A stretch of DNA of 51,787 nucleotides from NCBI GenBank assembly GCA_008369845.1, contig MRSU01011477.1, positions 1-51,787 of the forward strand, in the 5' to 3' direction. Below are positions 32,205-41,927 of this stretch, in pieces. Under the pieces are notes generated by a model. It was given only the letters and a program-made list of their open reading frames with translations, did not search any database and had not been told where the DNA came from. The DNA comes from Trichomonas gallinae (Eukaryota). Made by a program: the position numbers and the translations under genes. Each line of letters starts with the position of its first letter. Positions within the stretch are counted from its first letter, which is position 1.

Positions 32205-32271
32205 TTTACGTGTCATAATTACTTTTACATGTCATGATTTGTTTACGTGTCATTATTTCATTTACGTGTCA
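32205..32271 (-). promoter_or_regulatory. Four-copy array of TGACAYGTAAA upstream of CDC123
   Basis: TTTACRTGTCA at 32205, 32224, 32242 and 32261 (spacing 19, 18, 19). Confidence 0.7.
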
Positions 32272-32344
32272 AAATTTTAATGATTTTATAAAAAATAACA
32301 TTTAATTAAAAAACATACAATTATCCATGTATAAACAGACTATA

Positions 32345-35300
32345 TCAATTCATTTGAACCGTTTCAAGAATCGATTGCATCTTGTTGAGTTTGTTCGCAG
32401 CAAAAACTTCGAAATTATCGATGATGTATCTCGATTTGATTCGATTCATCTCTATATACTGAATTATATCAACTTCTTTGATCTCTTTATCATCCTTGTT
32501 TGATGCATCTTTTCTATTTTCATCGATAATTGTCGTGCAATATCTTGTTTTATTCTTCTTTGATGATTTATTATGATACTTCTTTGATTTCTTTGATGAT
32601 TTATGTGTAAATTTATCAGTTTTTTGTGGTGGATTCTTTGTCTTGTGATGAATAACATCATGAAGCTTAATACCTGTTTCTGTTGTTTGCTCTAAATCTG
32701 AGTCTTCACTAAACAAATCTGTGTCATCATCTGATGTTTCATCGCCTGATGTTGAGATTGATTTTGACATTCCAACAGATCTATCGACTTTCCTTGGTGA
32801 ATGACTGTTAACGAAGTCTGAATCAAAGTCAGACTCGTATTCAGAGTCGCACAAATCAATTTTTGTTTCCGTGCTCTTAACTGGTGACTGTTTTGCTGTT
32901 GAAAAACTCAATGATGAACTGATTGATTTTGTAATGATTGTTTTAGACTCATCATCTGAGATTAGACTTGTTGAATATGTGTTGATTTTCTTTGGAGTAG
33001 ATTTCTTTGAGTGTTTACGTTTTGGTTTTGGTGATTGAGAATAAGAATCATCACTTTCATCATCTGTTTCTTCTTCGCTGCTTGACTTCAGAAAGCTTGG
33101 TTCTGACTCATATGACTCATCATCAGATTCTTCGATATCAATTGTAGTTGTTTGCTTTGAAAGATGCTTAGAAACTACTGATTTAGATTCTTTTGTCAAA
33201 AATGATAATGTTGATTCTTCTTGAGTTGTAATTGCTTTAGCTGACTTTGGACGATAAGGTGATGGTGTTTCTTCTAGAGAAGTAGATCTTAAAAATGATT
33301 GAGTGGATTCTTCTTCAATTGTAATTTTGTTTGAAGGCTTTGCAATATATTGTGATTGATCAACTTTCTTCGAAACAATTGAATCTGACTGATTCGTCAA
33401 GAATGATAATGTTGATGATTCTTTTGTAGAATTTGTTTTAGAAGCAACTGATTCGGAATTTTTCGTCATAAATGATGATGTTGCTTCTTCATGAGATGGA
33501 ACTTTTTTAGGTGTCTTTGGACAATAAGGTGATGGACTTTCATCATGTGATGAAGATCTTAAAAATGATAGTGTTGATTCTTCTTCAACTTTTGCGATAT
33601 TGTTAGATGGTTTGCTAAGATAATGATTTTCTTCTTTGGATGTAGATCTTAAAAATGATAGTGTTGATTCTTCTTGAGATGGAACTGGTTTAGATGTTTT
33701 TGGAAGATAAGGTGATGGACTTTCTTCTTTAGATGTAGACCTTAAAAATGATAATGTTGATTCTTCATCTACTGCAATTTTATTTGATGGCTTAGAAGGA
33801 TTTGACTTCTTAGAAGCAACAGATTCTGAATCTTTTGTCATGAATGATAATGATGATTCTTCTTGAGATGGAACTTTTCTAGATTGTTTGGGTGGATAAG
33901 GAGAAACATCTTCTTCTGATTCAGAAGTAGATCTTAAAAATGATGGCAATGATTCTTCTTTAGTGGAATCTGCTTTGGAAAACTTAGTCATAAAGGAGGA
34001 ATCATCATCGTTTGTAGAAACTGGTTTTGAGTGTTTTGACGAAAATGATGAAGACAATGAGAAGTCTTCTTTGGGTTTAGATTGTTTAGAAAGATTTGAC
34101 TTCTTGGAAGCAACTGATTCTGAATCTTTTGTCAAAAATGATATTGATGAATCTTCTTTGGTAGAATTTGTTTTAGATGGCTTAGAAACATATGATGATA
34201 CATCGGATTTTTTAGAAGTAATTGATTTAGATGAAACTGATGATAATGAATCGTCTTTAGAAGCAGCTGATTTATGGGACTTTGTGTGATATGATGATGG
34301 CTCTGATTTCTTCGAATTTGAATCTTTCGACAAAAATGAAAATGAAGATGATTCTTTTGAAGGAGTTGTACTAGAAAGTTTTGAAAAGTAAGATAAACTA
34401 TCGTCTTTTGATATGTTATTAGCGTGAATTTCGGTTTTTAGTGGTGATTCGTTTGATGAAGAAAATGAAATTGAAGAATATGACGAATCCTTCTTCTTCT
34501 GAGGTGTTTCGCTCGATAAGTTATTGAAAGCCGAGTAATTAGATGATTTTTCAGTAAAATTAGAAGATTTTGATGTTTCGACTGAATTATTCTTCGAAAC
34601 AATAAGTGGAGATGACGATATATCAGACAAAGAGTCATTATTCGATACTTTTGACTTCTTTGAAGGTGGAGTACTGAAAGTCACAGATGAACTTGAAGAT
34701 GATGCCTTGGACTGTGGTGAAGCAGTAATATCTTTCGATGATGATGTAGATGATGACTTAGTACTTAATGTATCAAATGTAAACGATGTATCAGAATTAG
34801 ATTTAGGTGAAAATGATGATTTGCTTGTATCCAGTGGAGTAGAATTCTTCGAAGCTGGGGATTTTGTATTAGGTGATGATGATTTCGTAGAAGATTTGAT
34901 TGATGATGAAAATTTCGAAGATGAAGTAAATTCTTCGAAAGAGAAAGATGACGAAGTTGTGTCCACCTCTTCTGATTTATTTTCTTTGAATTCTACTGGA
35001 TCTGTTTGAATTTCGGCATTAAAAGTGTTATTTCGATCTTTGTCGAAGATAGATATAGGTATTGAGACTCTCTTGCGTGGATATGGTTCCAATTTCGTTA
35101 CTGGAGGTGGTAACGAAATTGCAGAATCATCTTCAACGTTTGCGAGTTCTTCACCTGACATTTCAGGCTCAGAATCAGTTCCCCTTAGGTATGAATCTGG
35201 AAGAAGTCTGATTTTTTGAAGGTGTCGACCACCAGGATCAATTCCGTGTTTTTCGAGTAATTGGCGAAGTCTGTAGTTCTCATCTGTTAGATTACTGTTT

Positions 35301-35473
35301 TTAATGATGAGCATTTGTCTATATTGGTTATTCATGTGGTCCTGTTTCTTTAATTGTTCGAGAAGTCGGCGCTGCTCTTCAGCAGAGACATCATCTATTT
35401 CCTCTGATTGGAACTGCTGATCAGTATCACTATCAAATAGAAATCCAGATAGTGATGCATTTTTCTTCAGCAT
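32345..35473 (-). CDS. Ser-rich low-complexity repeat protein, 1042 aa
   Basis: Short N-terminal coiled coil then a Ser/Thr/Lys-rich disordered region with repeated EESTLSFLRSTS...SPYxPK units. Confidence 0.85.
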   Translation of the reverse strand: MLKKNASLSGFLFDSDTDQQFQSEEIDDVSAEEQRRLLEQLKKQDHMNNQYRQMLIIKNSNLTDENYRLRQLLEKHGIDPGGRHLQKIRLLPDSYLRGTDSEPEMSGEELANVEDDSAISLPPPVTKLEPYPRKRVSIPISIFDKDRNNTFNAEIQTDPVEFKENKSEEVDTTSSSFSFEEFTSSSKFSSSIKSSTKSSSPNTKSPASKNSTPLDTSKSSFSPKSNSDTSFTFDTLSTKSSSTSSSKDITASPQSKASSSSSSVTFSTPPSKKSKVSNNDSLSDISSSPLIVSKNNSVETSKSSNFTEKSSNYSAFNNLSSETPQKKKDSSYSSISFSSSNESPLKTEIHANNISKDDSLSYFSKLSSTTPSKESSSFSFLSKDSNSKKSEPSSYHTKSHKSAASKDDSLSSVSSKSITSKKSDVSSYVSKPSKTNSTKEDSSISFLTKDSESVASKKSNLSKQSKPKEDFSLSSSFSSKHSKPVSTNDDDSSFMTKFSKADSTKEESLPSFLRSTSESEEDVSPYPPKQSRKVPSQEESSLSFMTKDSESVASKKSNPSKPSNKIAVDEESTLSFLRSTSKEESPSPYLPKTSKPVPSQEESTLSFLRSTSKEENHYLSKPSNNIAKVEEESTLSFLRSSSHDESPSPYCPKTPKKVPSHEEATSSFMTKNSESVASKTNSTKESSTLSFLTNQSDSIVSKKVDQSQYIAKPSNKITIEEESTQSFLRSTSLEETPSPYRPKSAKAITTQEESTLSFLTKESKSVVSKHLSKQTTTIDIEESDDESYESEPSFLKSSSEEETDDESDDSYSQSPKPKRKHSKKSTPKKINTYSTSLISDDESKTIITKSISSSLSFSTAKQSPVKSTETKIDLCDSEYESDFDSDFVNSHSPRKVDRSVGMSKSISTSGDETSDDDTDLFSEDSDLEQTTETGIKLHDVIHHKTKNPPQKTDKFTHKSSKKSKKYHNKSSKKNKTRYCTTIIDENRKDASNKDDKEIKEVDIIQYIEMNRIKSRYIIDNFEVFAANKLNKMQSILETVQMN

Positions 35474-35864
35474 TTTTTAATGTTTTTCTTCGAATTTTTA
35501 AACGGCAACTTATTTTTTCCAAAACCACTTGAAACAGCATTATTACGATAATAGGCACTAAAAACATGCTTATTTGAGAAAAATTTTGGGAAAAATTTAA
35601 AATATTTTGCAAAATTTTAAATATTTTTATTGATATATAAATAGTACCTAAAATAATGTATATTCATCGATTTAAAATTGGCTAAAATTGAGAAAAAAAT
35701 TATGATTTTTTGAATTTTCTAAAAAAAATCAATTATAAATTTGTCTTTTTTGTTATACCTAAAACTCAAATCTAAGATTTTTCCTAAAACAAAGATTAAA
35801 GATTCAGGCCTGAAAGACGATAATATGAAAGAACAAACAGAGATTTTACTAATATATCAACAAA

Positions 35865-36986
35865 TTAAACATTTTGATTAATTTTTCGCATTTTTGTAGA
35901 CTTACGTACTGTCTTTTTACGAGGATTGATACCAAGAAACTCATTTTTCACAGCCTGAAGAACCAAAACGAATCTATTCGTTACAACTAAACTAAATATA
36001 GCTCCAATACATGAAGATATGGTAAATACAGTCAATATAAGAACAACATCAACTGGAAGTGAGAATATATTCATATTTTCGCCGAACTTTAAATCTTTAA
36101 CATATCCAATGAAATGTTTCGTTCTATAGCGAAATACATCGTTATATTCGCAGTTAAATTTGCAGTTATTGCCAAATACAATGTATTCCCTATTTATTGA
36201 CTCATATGGAATTCTTGTTAATAAATTGGATAATATTATTGTGGCTCCGTTATTGGATTCGAAGGGAGTATGATTAAAATTTGGTCCAGGTATAAAAAAA
36301 ACGAAGTTTAATGTACAATCACCGTTTGAATTTCCGTAAAATAATGCTAAAGATGTTGGCTCACTAGTTTCGAAAGCTGACATTATCATAAATATAGTGT
36401 AGGTAAGTGTAGGAGCGTTGCAATTATCGAGATATATACTTAAATGACGTTTTGATCTTGAACTTAACAAACATAAATATTTCGTATTTACAATGCTATT
36501 ATGGACTCCAAAACAACCAATAGAGTTGCTTGCAAACGAAGATGTGAAGTTATCTCCAGATAAAATGAATAATCCAGAATTATCACGGAAAATACATGCG
36601 TAATCGGTAGCTGACGAACTTTGGAAGGCTGCTAATGAACAATTAAACATTGAAGTATAGTAATTTGAGCTATATATCGTTGCGCAGTCTTTTGCTTGAC
36701 AATTTATAAAAGTAGAGCGTTCTGTTTGCAAATTCGAATGACAATATATACAAGAACCTTGATTAGCGGAGTTTGATAAGAAAAAACAATTAAAGATTGT
36801 TAAATTATCAACTGAAAAGATTGCACCACCATCTTGGCTCGTTGTACATAATATAAATCGCGAGCTGTATATGTTATTTGCTCCTTGTATAAATATATTT
36901 CGATTTGCTTCAATATTTTGATTTTCATAATTTTCGAAATTTAATTTGAGCCCGAAAACATTGTCCAGTATTGTATTCTGCACCAT
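35865..36986 (-). CDS. Pmp-like/beta-helix membrane protein (start uncertain)
   Basis: DGGAIFS, FLSNSANQG, FxxC/FxxS repeats, C-terminal TM and basic tail. First ATG is 36986; a signal-like stretch begins at an in-frame AGG at 37025. Confidence 0.7.
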   Translation of the reverse strand: MVQNTILDNVFGLKLNFENYENQNIEANRNIFIQGANNIYSSRFILCTTSQDGGAIFSVDNLTIFNCFFLSNSANQGSCIYCHSNLQTERSTFINCQAKDCATIYSSNYYTSMFNCSLAAFQSSSATDYACIFRDNSGLFILSGDNFTSSFASNSIGCFGVHNSIVNTKYLCLLSSRSKRHLSIYLDNCNAPTLTYTIFMIMSAFETSEPTSLALFYGNSNGDCTLNFVFFIPGPNFNHTPFESNNGATIILSNLLTRIPYESINREYIVFGNNCKFNCEYNDVFRYRTKHFIGYVKDLKFGENMNIFSLPVDVVLILTVFTISSCIGAIFSLVVTNRFVLVLQAVKNEFLGINPRKKTVRKSTKMRKINQNV

Positions 36987-37060
36987 TTGCTTGCAAATAA
37001 TGCCAACAAAAAGCACGAATAACCTATTGATACCTTGAATGTGAAAAATGAATAGAACAA

Positions 37061-37206
37061 AGGGTCTGACACCAAGCAGCCCCTGTCTTTGATATCGAAA
37101 AATATAGGGTCTGACACTTATTTGACCCTGCTTTTGATCGGATAAAAATCTAGGGCCTGACACTTGTTGGACCCTGTTTTTGATTGTGTCTGCAGGGGGT
37201 CAAAAA
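37061..37206. repeat. Three 45-46 bp repeats, each with an internal inverted repeat
   Basis: AGGGYCTGACAC starts at 37061, 37106 and 37152, each followed by G[AC]CCCTG and TTTGAT; terminal CAGGGGGTCAAA. Confidence 0.85.
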
Positions 37207-37227
37207 TTAATTAGGGGCTAAAGCTTA

Positions 37228-38916
37228 ATGACAAATAATCAGCCTCAACTCTGTACTTTTCTTGATATTATCAATAAGGGTCCTCCGAAGGATTCTAGAT
37301 CATCAACAGAAGGACATGATATAAATAGCAAGTATTTTAGAATGAAAATGAACATTGTTAAATATAAAAATGAAATTCAGAAATTGATTACTTCGCGCGA
37401 GATATTCTCATCGAATTTCATACCAGAATTAGAAATTTTCTGGATTTCATCGCCATCGAAAATATATTTGATGAAAAAAAACGCAGAAGTCATTTACCAA
37501 TCTAAAACAAAAACACCAGTAATTACAGCATTTTTGTATGAATTCGAAGACAAGAAATTTATTGTATTAACAAAACAAAATTCAGTTTCAATTTTAGAAT
37601 ATCACGAAAATTCAATGATAGAGCCAATTACAAATCTGGAATGCACAATACCTAAAAATGTTGTGATTACATGCAATTTTGGCGACTTTGTAGGCTGCGA
37701 AGATGGAACAATTCGCAAATTCAATCTTAATTACACAGAAAATAAAAATCTCAAACTTACAATCGATGGATCCGCTGCAAAAACAGATAAAAATCCAGTT
37801 AGAGTCATTTTTGAATCATCCGACCATATTTGGACACTTCAATTATCAGGAAAACTTACAGAATACAAGAAAAACCTTTCTTATGTTAATCAATACGATT
37901 TAGGCAATGTCTCTTGCATTCATAAAAATCATAATAATTTTTTGTGCTTTAGAAATACTTGCTCATATTATTCTAGCCCATTTTTGAAAGCAAAACCATC
38001 ATGCTTCTCATTCTTGCCAGGTTTAGAAAAATATTTTGGAGTTGAGACATTTTCAAATACATTTTATACAAATGGACTTTACGCATGCCACATATCAAAT
38101 GGTTTCGGCAACGATAAATTATACGTCATGAAAGTTGAAGATGACAGCAAAATCGTTGCTTGGGAAAATCAACAATCTCTTGGTAAAGTTTATTCGATTT
38201 CCAGCACAAAGAACAAACTTTCCTTCATCTTGCTGACGTCAGCAGGCATCGCAACAATCTCAGAAGTCGCCTACGAAGACCCGAATTTCCAGGACTGGTT
38301 CATCGCAAGAAACATGGCCGAGATTTCGTCGAAGCCATTCAAGGAATCCAAGGAAATCATCAACTCGACTCTCGACGACTTGGCCAGGAAATTCAAGACA
38401 GCGTCGAGGGCCATAGACAAGACAACGAATTCCAGCAGAGACTCAGAGAAAATCCTTGATCTTTTGACAGATTATCTAAATTCCGAAATCAATGATGCAG
38501 AACTTGAAAAACAAACGGAACCTTTGGAAGGAGACCTCAAAATAAGAGAGCAGCTCGAAAAAGGAAGAACATTTGTTGAACAAATTCGCAGATCAATTCC
38601 GAATGCACCAGAAAAGACAATCAAAGAGCTTTTAACAGAGGTTATTAAGAACTTATACCCTGTGGAGCACACATTAACAATGAAAATGCAGGAATTAGAT
38701 GAAGAGCAGGAGAAAATCTTGATCAGCAATTTATTTGAAAGAAAATTCCCTGGAAATGTAATTCCAAAGAGCACAACTAATATGGCTTTGATGCTCAGAC
38801 TTATTTCCGAATGGATTAGTGATGCTCCAAATATGGAAAAAGAAAAATTGCAAATTCTTGAGTCAATTCGTGCATATATGTTGCAGACACTGTTAAATCA
38901 AACAGATTACGTTTAA
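37228..38916 (+). CDS. Hypothetical protein, possible Nup155/Nup133-like beta-propeller plus helical C-terminus, 562 aa
   Basis: FIPELEIFWISSPSKIYLM and FVGCEDGTIRKF resemble Nup155 N-terminal blocks (LFPEINRAWLTIDNKLFLW; FLGGxDGxLYE); similarity is weak and from memory. Confidence 0.55.
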   Translation: MTNNQPQLCTFLDIINKGPPKDSRSSTEGHDINSKYFRMKMNIVKYKNEIQKLITSREIFSSNFIPELEIFWISSPSKIYLMKKNAEVIYQSKTKTPVITAFLYEFEDKKFIVLTKQNSVSILEYHENSMIEPITNLECTIPKNVVITCNFGDFVGCEDGTIRKFNLNYTENKNLKLTIDGSAAKTDKNPVRVIFESSDHIWTLQLSGKLTEYKKNLSYVNQYDLGNVSCIHKNHNNFLCFRNTCSYYSSPFLKAKPSCFSFLPGLEKYFGVETFSNTFYTNGLYACHISNGFGNDKLYVMKVEDDSKIVAWENQQSLGKVYSISSTKNKLSFILLTSAGIATISEVAYEDPNFQDWFIARNMAEISSKPFKESKEIINSTLDDLARKFKTASRAIDKTTNSSRDSEKILDLLTDYLNSEINDAELEKQTEPLEGDLKIREQLEKGRTFVEQIRRSIPNAPEKTIKELLTEVIKNLYPVEHTLTMKMQELDEEQEKILISNLFERKFPGNVIPKSTTNMALMLRLISEWISDAPNMEKEKLQILESIRAYMLQTLLNQTDYV

Positions 38917-39218
38917 TAGATTTATTCATAATAAAGATATTTATTTTTTTGTATCAAATGATTCTTTTTTCTTTGGTTATCCTACAACATAGTGAGCGAT
39001 TACTTTGTTTTATGACTTTGACTGAAATTTTGGTTAAAAATTTTTCTTGACTGAAAATAGATATAAATAAATTCTGTATATCAAAAGATAGTTGATGAGC
39101 TGCATCATGTTAATGCTAAATTTTCTTAAAAATGTTTTTTTTAGATTTTCATTTTTTGACGTGTAAAATACAAAAATGACACGTAAAGTAATGATCGCGA
39201 TTTCAAAAAAGCAGGAAA

Positions 39219-40169
39219 ATGTCTACGGCCAATGATCAAGTAGAGCCACCGAACGTTCAAACAACAGATCCGAATGTCGTTCCAGCCACATCCAAGTGGA
39301 GAGCTCTTTTTAATAGCAAATGGTTCTGGAAACAAATGGATGATCCAAGAATTTACTTAAATTTCACAGAAATTTCGTTTTACCCGTTTTACTTAGTCGT
39401 AGGATTCGCGTTCTTAGCTCAGTACTTTTGGAACACATATGTTTATCCAGTTTTAGATTTTAGGCATCCTTTTGCGATGAAAGTTACAATGTATGCCTCT
39501 TTAGCTTATGCAGTTGGCAATCTTATAATCGCAAGATGGAAAAATCCGGGATATCTTCCATGGAATTGGGCTGCCACTAAAAAGCGAAAATTCACTGTAC
39601 AAGAACTACGTGATGGTAAAGCAAGTGAAGATGCCCAGGATAAATGGGCAAAATCGCATGAAAGCCCTGAAAGAGCTTGGTATACAAAAGCACAGGGTTA
39701 TTTTGTCCTTCGAGGCGACCATAGTTGCTCTTGGGTAGGAAATTTCATCGGATTATATAACCACAAGTACTTTTTATTGGGCGTTTTAGGTTTTTGCGTT
39801 TTTGTTGACTGCTGGCTTCACAATTTCATATATTTAGTGTATTACCGTAAGTTCAAAATGCCTATATATCTCTTTTTACCGTTCATAGCCGCCGGACTTT
39901 TCTTTGTTTATCTTGCAAATAATCAATTCTTGGTACAGTGCCGTTTACTTACTTACAACATTACATTATGCGAACACCTCAAACAGAGGGATTTCCAATA
40001 CTATCATGATGATAATTGGGAAGGATGGGAAGATGTTTTCGGTCCAAAGAAATATATACTTCTGTGGCTGATTCCTATACCACTTCCTGCTAAAGTTGAT
40101 GGCTTCGAGTTCAAGAAAGGCCCATATAAAGCTCGTGAAGCTCCAGAAGAAGAACGGCCATTTTTATAG
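39219..40169 (+). CDS. DHHC-family palmitoyltransferase-like protein (DHSC variant), 316 aa
   Basis: TM helices, NPG motif, ERAW...VLRGDHSCSWVGNFIGLYNHKYF, NITLCE (TTxE-like) and WEDVFG...WLIP. Confidence 0.9.
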   Translation: MSTANDQVEPPNVQTTDPNVVPATSKWRALFNSKWFWKQMDDPRIYLNFTEISFYPFYLVVGFAFLAQYFWNTYVYPVLDFRHPFAMKVTMYASLAYAVGNLIIARWKNPGYLPWNWAATKKRKFTVQELRDGKASEDAQDKWAKSHESPERAWYTKAQGYFVLRGDHSCSWVGNFIGLYNHKYFLLGVLGFCVFVDCWLHNFIYLVYYRKFKMPIYLFLPFIAAGLFFVYLANNQFLVQCRLLTYNITLCEHLKQRDFQYYHDDNWEGWEDVFGPKKYILLWLIPIPLPAKVDGFEFKKGPYKAREAPEEERPFL

Positions 40170-40254
40170 AAAGTTTGCTAATGCTTGCAGCTGTAATATT
40201 ATGTTATTATATTAAAATGACTTATCTATTACAAATTAATATTTAATATATAAT

Positions 40255-40953
40255 TTATTTCTTCCATGCGTTAATATTTTCCTGGTTCAGGTTGACAATT
40301 GTTCTAGACTCGTTATAGGCTGCTTCACTGTTCTGTTCGAGCTCACCAACGTTGACTTCAGCAATTTCTTGAGCTGTCTTAATTGCTTCCTCTGTCTGAT
40401 GTAATGTTTCGTATAGGAAGACAGAGTAATTCAAAAAGATGCCTAAATATGATGGTGAATATCTTGGATATTCTCTCTTAACAATTTCGATTGCTTCGTT
40501 GTAGTATTCTTGAGCTTTCTTTGCTGTGGCATCTCTTTCTTCGCCTTCTAAAGCTTCGCAAAGATACCTGCAGTAGTCTGCTTTAAGCTTGATATAGAAC
40601 ACGCGTGATTTTTCATCTGGACATGGAGGAAGAAGCTTCTCATCAACCAGAGTGAGTAAATCATTACAGTAGCCTTTTAATTCGTTGACGATATCATTTC
40701 TCGAATTCTGAAGATAAGGAATTGTGTTAGGATATTGGTCAGTTTCATTCTTCAAGAATTGGTTAATGTAATGTATTGAATTCCTTCTCACATCTGTGAC
40801 ATTTTTATAAGAAATCGAAAGTAAATTGCGTTCTTCGAGCGATAATACCGGATTAAGCTCAATAATACGTTTCATGGCCTTGATCATGTCATCGTGACGA
40901 TTTGTTGGATCAAGGATTTCAACAAGAGCTTTGAGATTATCTCTTTCACTCAT
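40255..40953 (-). CDS. Divergent 14-3-3 protein
   Basis: LSLEERNLLSISYKNV..RR, FYIKLKADYCRYL, LNYSVFLYE; the phosphate-binding K, R, R and Y are retained; no C-terminal tail. First ATG used. Confidence 0.93.
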   Translation of the reverse strand: MSERDNLKALVEILDPTNRHDDMIKAMKRIIELNPVLSLEERNLLSISYKNVTDVRRNSIHYINQFLKNETDQYPNTIPYLQNSRNDIVNELKGYCNDLLTLVDEKLLPPCPDEKSRVFYIKLKADYCRYLCEALEGEERDATAKKAQEYYNEAIEIVKREYPRYSPSYLGIFLNYSVFLYETLHQTEEAIKTAQEIAEVNVGELEQNSEAAYNESRTIVNLNQENINAWKK

Positions 40954-41106
40954 CTTGTCACGTTTCACAAGATGTCAAATTTCATATCACTTTTTGTCAA
41001 AAATTATAACTTTATTTGTCAAATCGAAATATTTTGACATAAACCATCGTTTTATTTGTCAAAATTTCACATTTTGATTGTCACTTTTTACTGCAAAATC
41101 ATATAA

Positions 41107-41655
41107 ATGGAAAACACTGAAGATGAAGCTGAAACTTGTCTTTTCGTTGGAAATTTCCCACTTGAAGACAAAGATATCAACTTAAGGACTTTGTTTATGA
41201 GATACGGAAAGGTAATTGTCGCTAAAATTTTTACAAGAAAAGGATCATTCAAATCTAAAGGATGTGGAATCGTTCAATTTGCTACACATGAAGATGCACT
41301 TAATGCCCTTAATGCGCTAAACGGGATTAATTACAAAGGAAATGCAATTCGTGTCAAATGGGCTGGAAAAGATTTGGCAGAAAAACAGTTATCGACACTA
41401 GAACCAAGGAAGCCAGAGAACCGTCCAGCGCAATCTGCAAAAGAATTTTCAGCGCAGCACGATTATGTGAAGAAAATTACTTTTACAGAGGCCAAAAGCA
41501 AAGTTGCTCAATTATATTTCAAAGATTTGGAATCGTTACGTGAGCAGTTGAAGAATGGTTATACTAGTGCGCAATTAGAAGATTTATTATCAGGAATCAA
41601 AATTATGCATATTCCAAGAGAAGAATATGAAAGAGAAAATGCTGGAAGGTACTAA
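41107..41655 (+). CDS. Single-RRM RNA-binding protein, 182 aa
   Basis: RNP2 LFVGNF and RNP1-like KGCGIVQF; IRVKWA domain end. Confidence 0.9.
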   Translation: MENTEDEAETCLFVGNFPLEDKDINLRTLFMRYGKVIVAKIFTRKGSFKSKGCGIVQFATHEDALNALNALNGINYKGNAIRVKWAGKDLAEKQLSTLEPRKPENRPAQSAKEFSAQHDYVKKITFTEAKSKVAQLYFKDLESLREQLKNGYTSAQLEDLLSGIKIMHIPREEYERENAGRY

Positions 41656-41927
41656 TCTCTTTTCCAACACATGTTGTTTTTTATAATTATATTATTTCGG
41701 AATATTATTTCGTTAATTTTACTAGCATGAATAGTTATTCTATGCAGTACTATTAACAAAAACATGTTTATTTTAAATTATGTTTATGAAAAACTTGATT
41801 TATTTTTCAATAAATATTTTTTTAATGAAATAAGAGAAATAAACAGTATAAATATGAGAAGCACAGACAGCTTCAAACAAATAATATATCTATATGTATT
41901 TAGAAAAAAATTATACAAATAAAAGAA

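Noticed and set aside
32172..32216. ORF-track N-terminal extensions (CDC123, also CK1, ARM, 47009, and TTG/GTG starts)
   Set aside because: They run through AT-rich promoter motifs, overlap neighbouring genes or use non-ATG starts; downstream ATGs fit better.
37061..37206. CRISPR-like appearance of palindromic repeats with variable cores
   Set aside because: Eukaryotic context, only three degenerate units, variable parts far too short for spacers, no cas genes.
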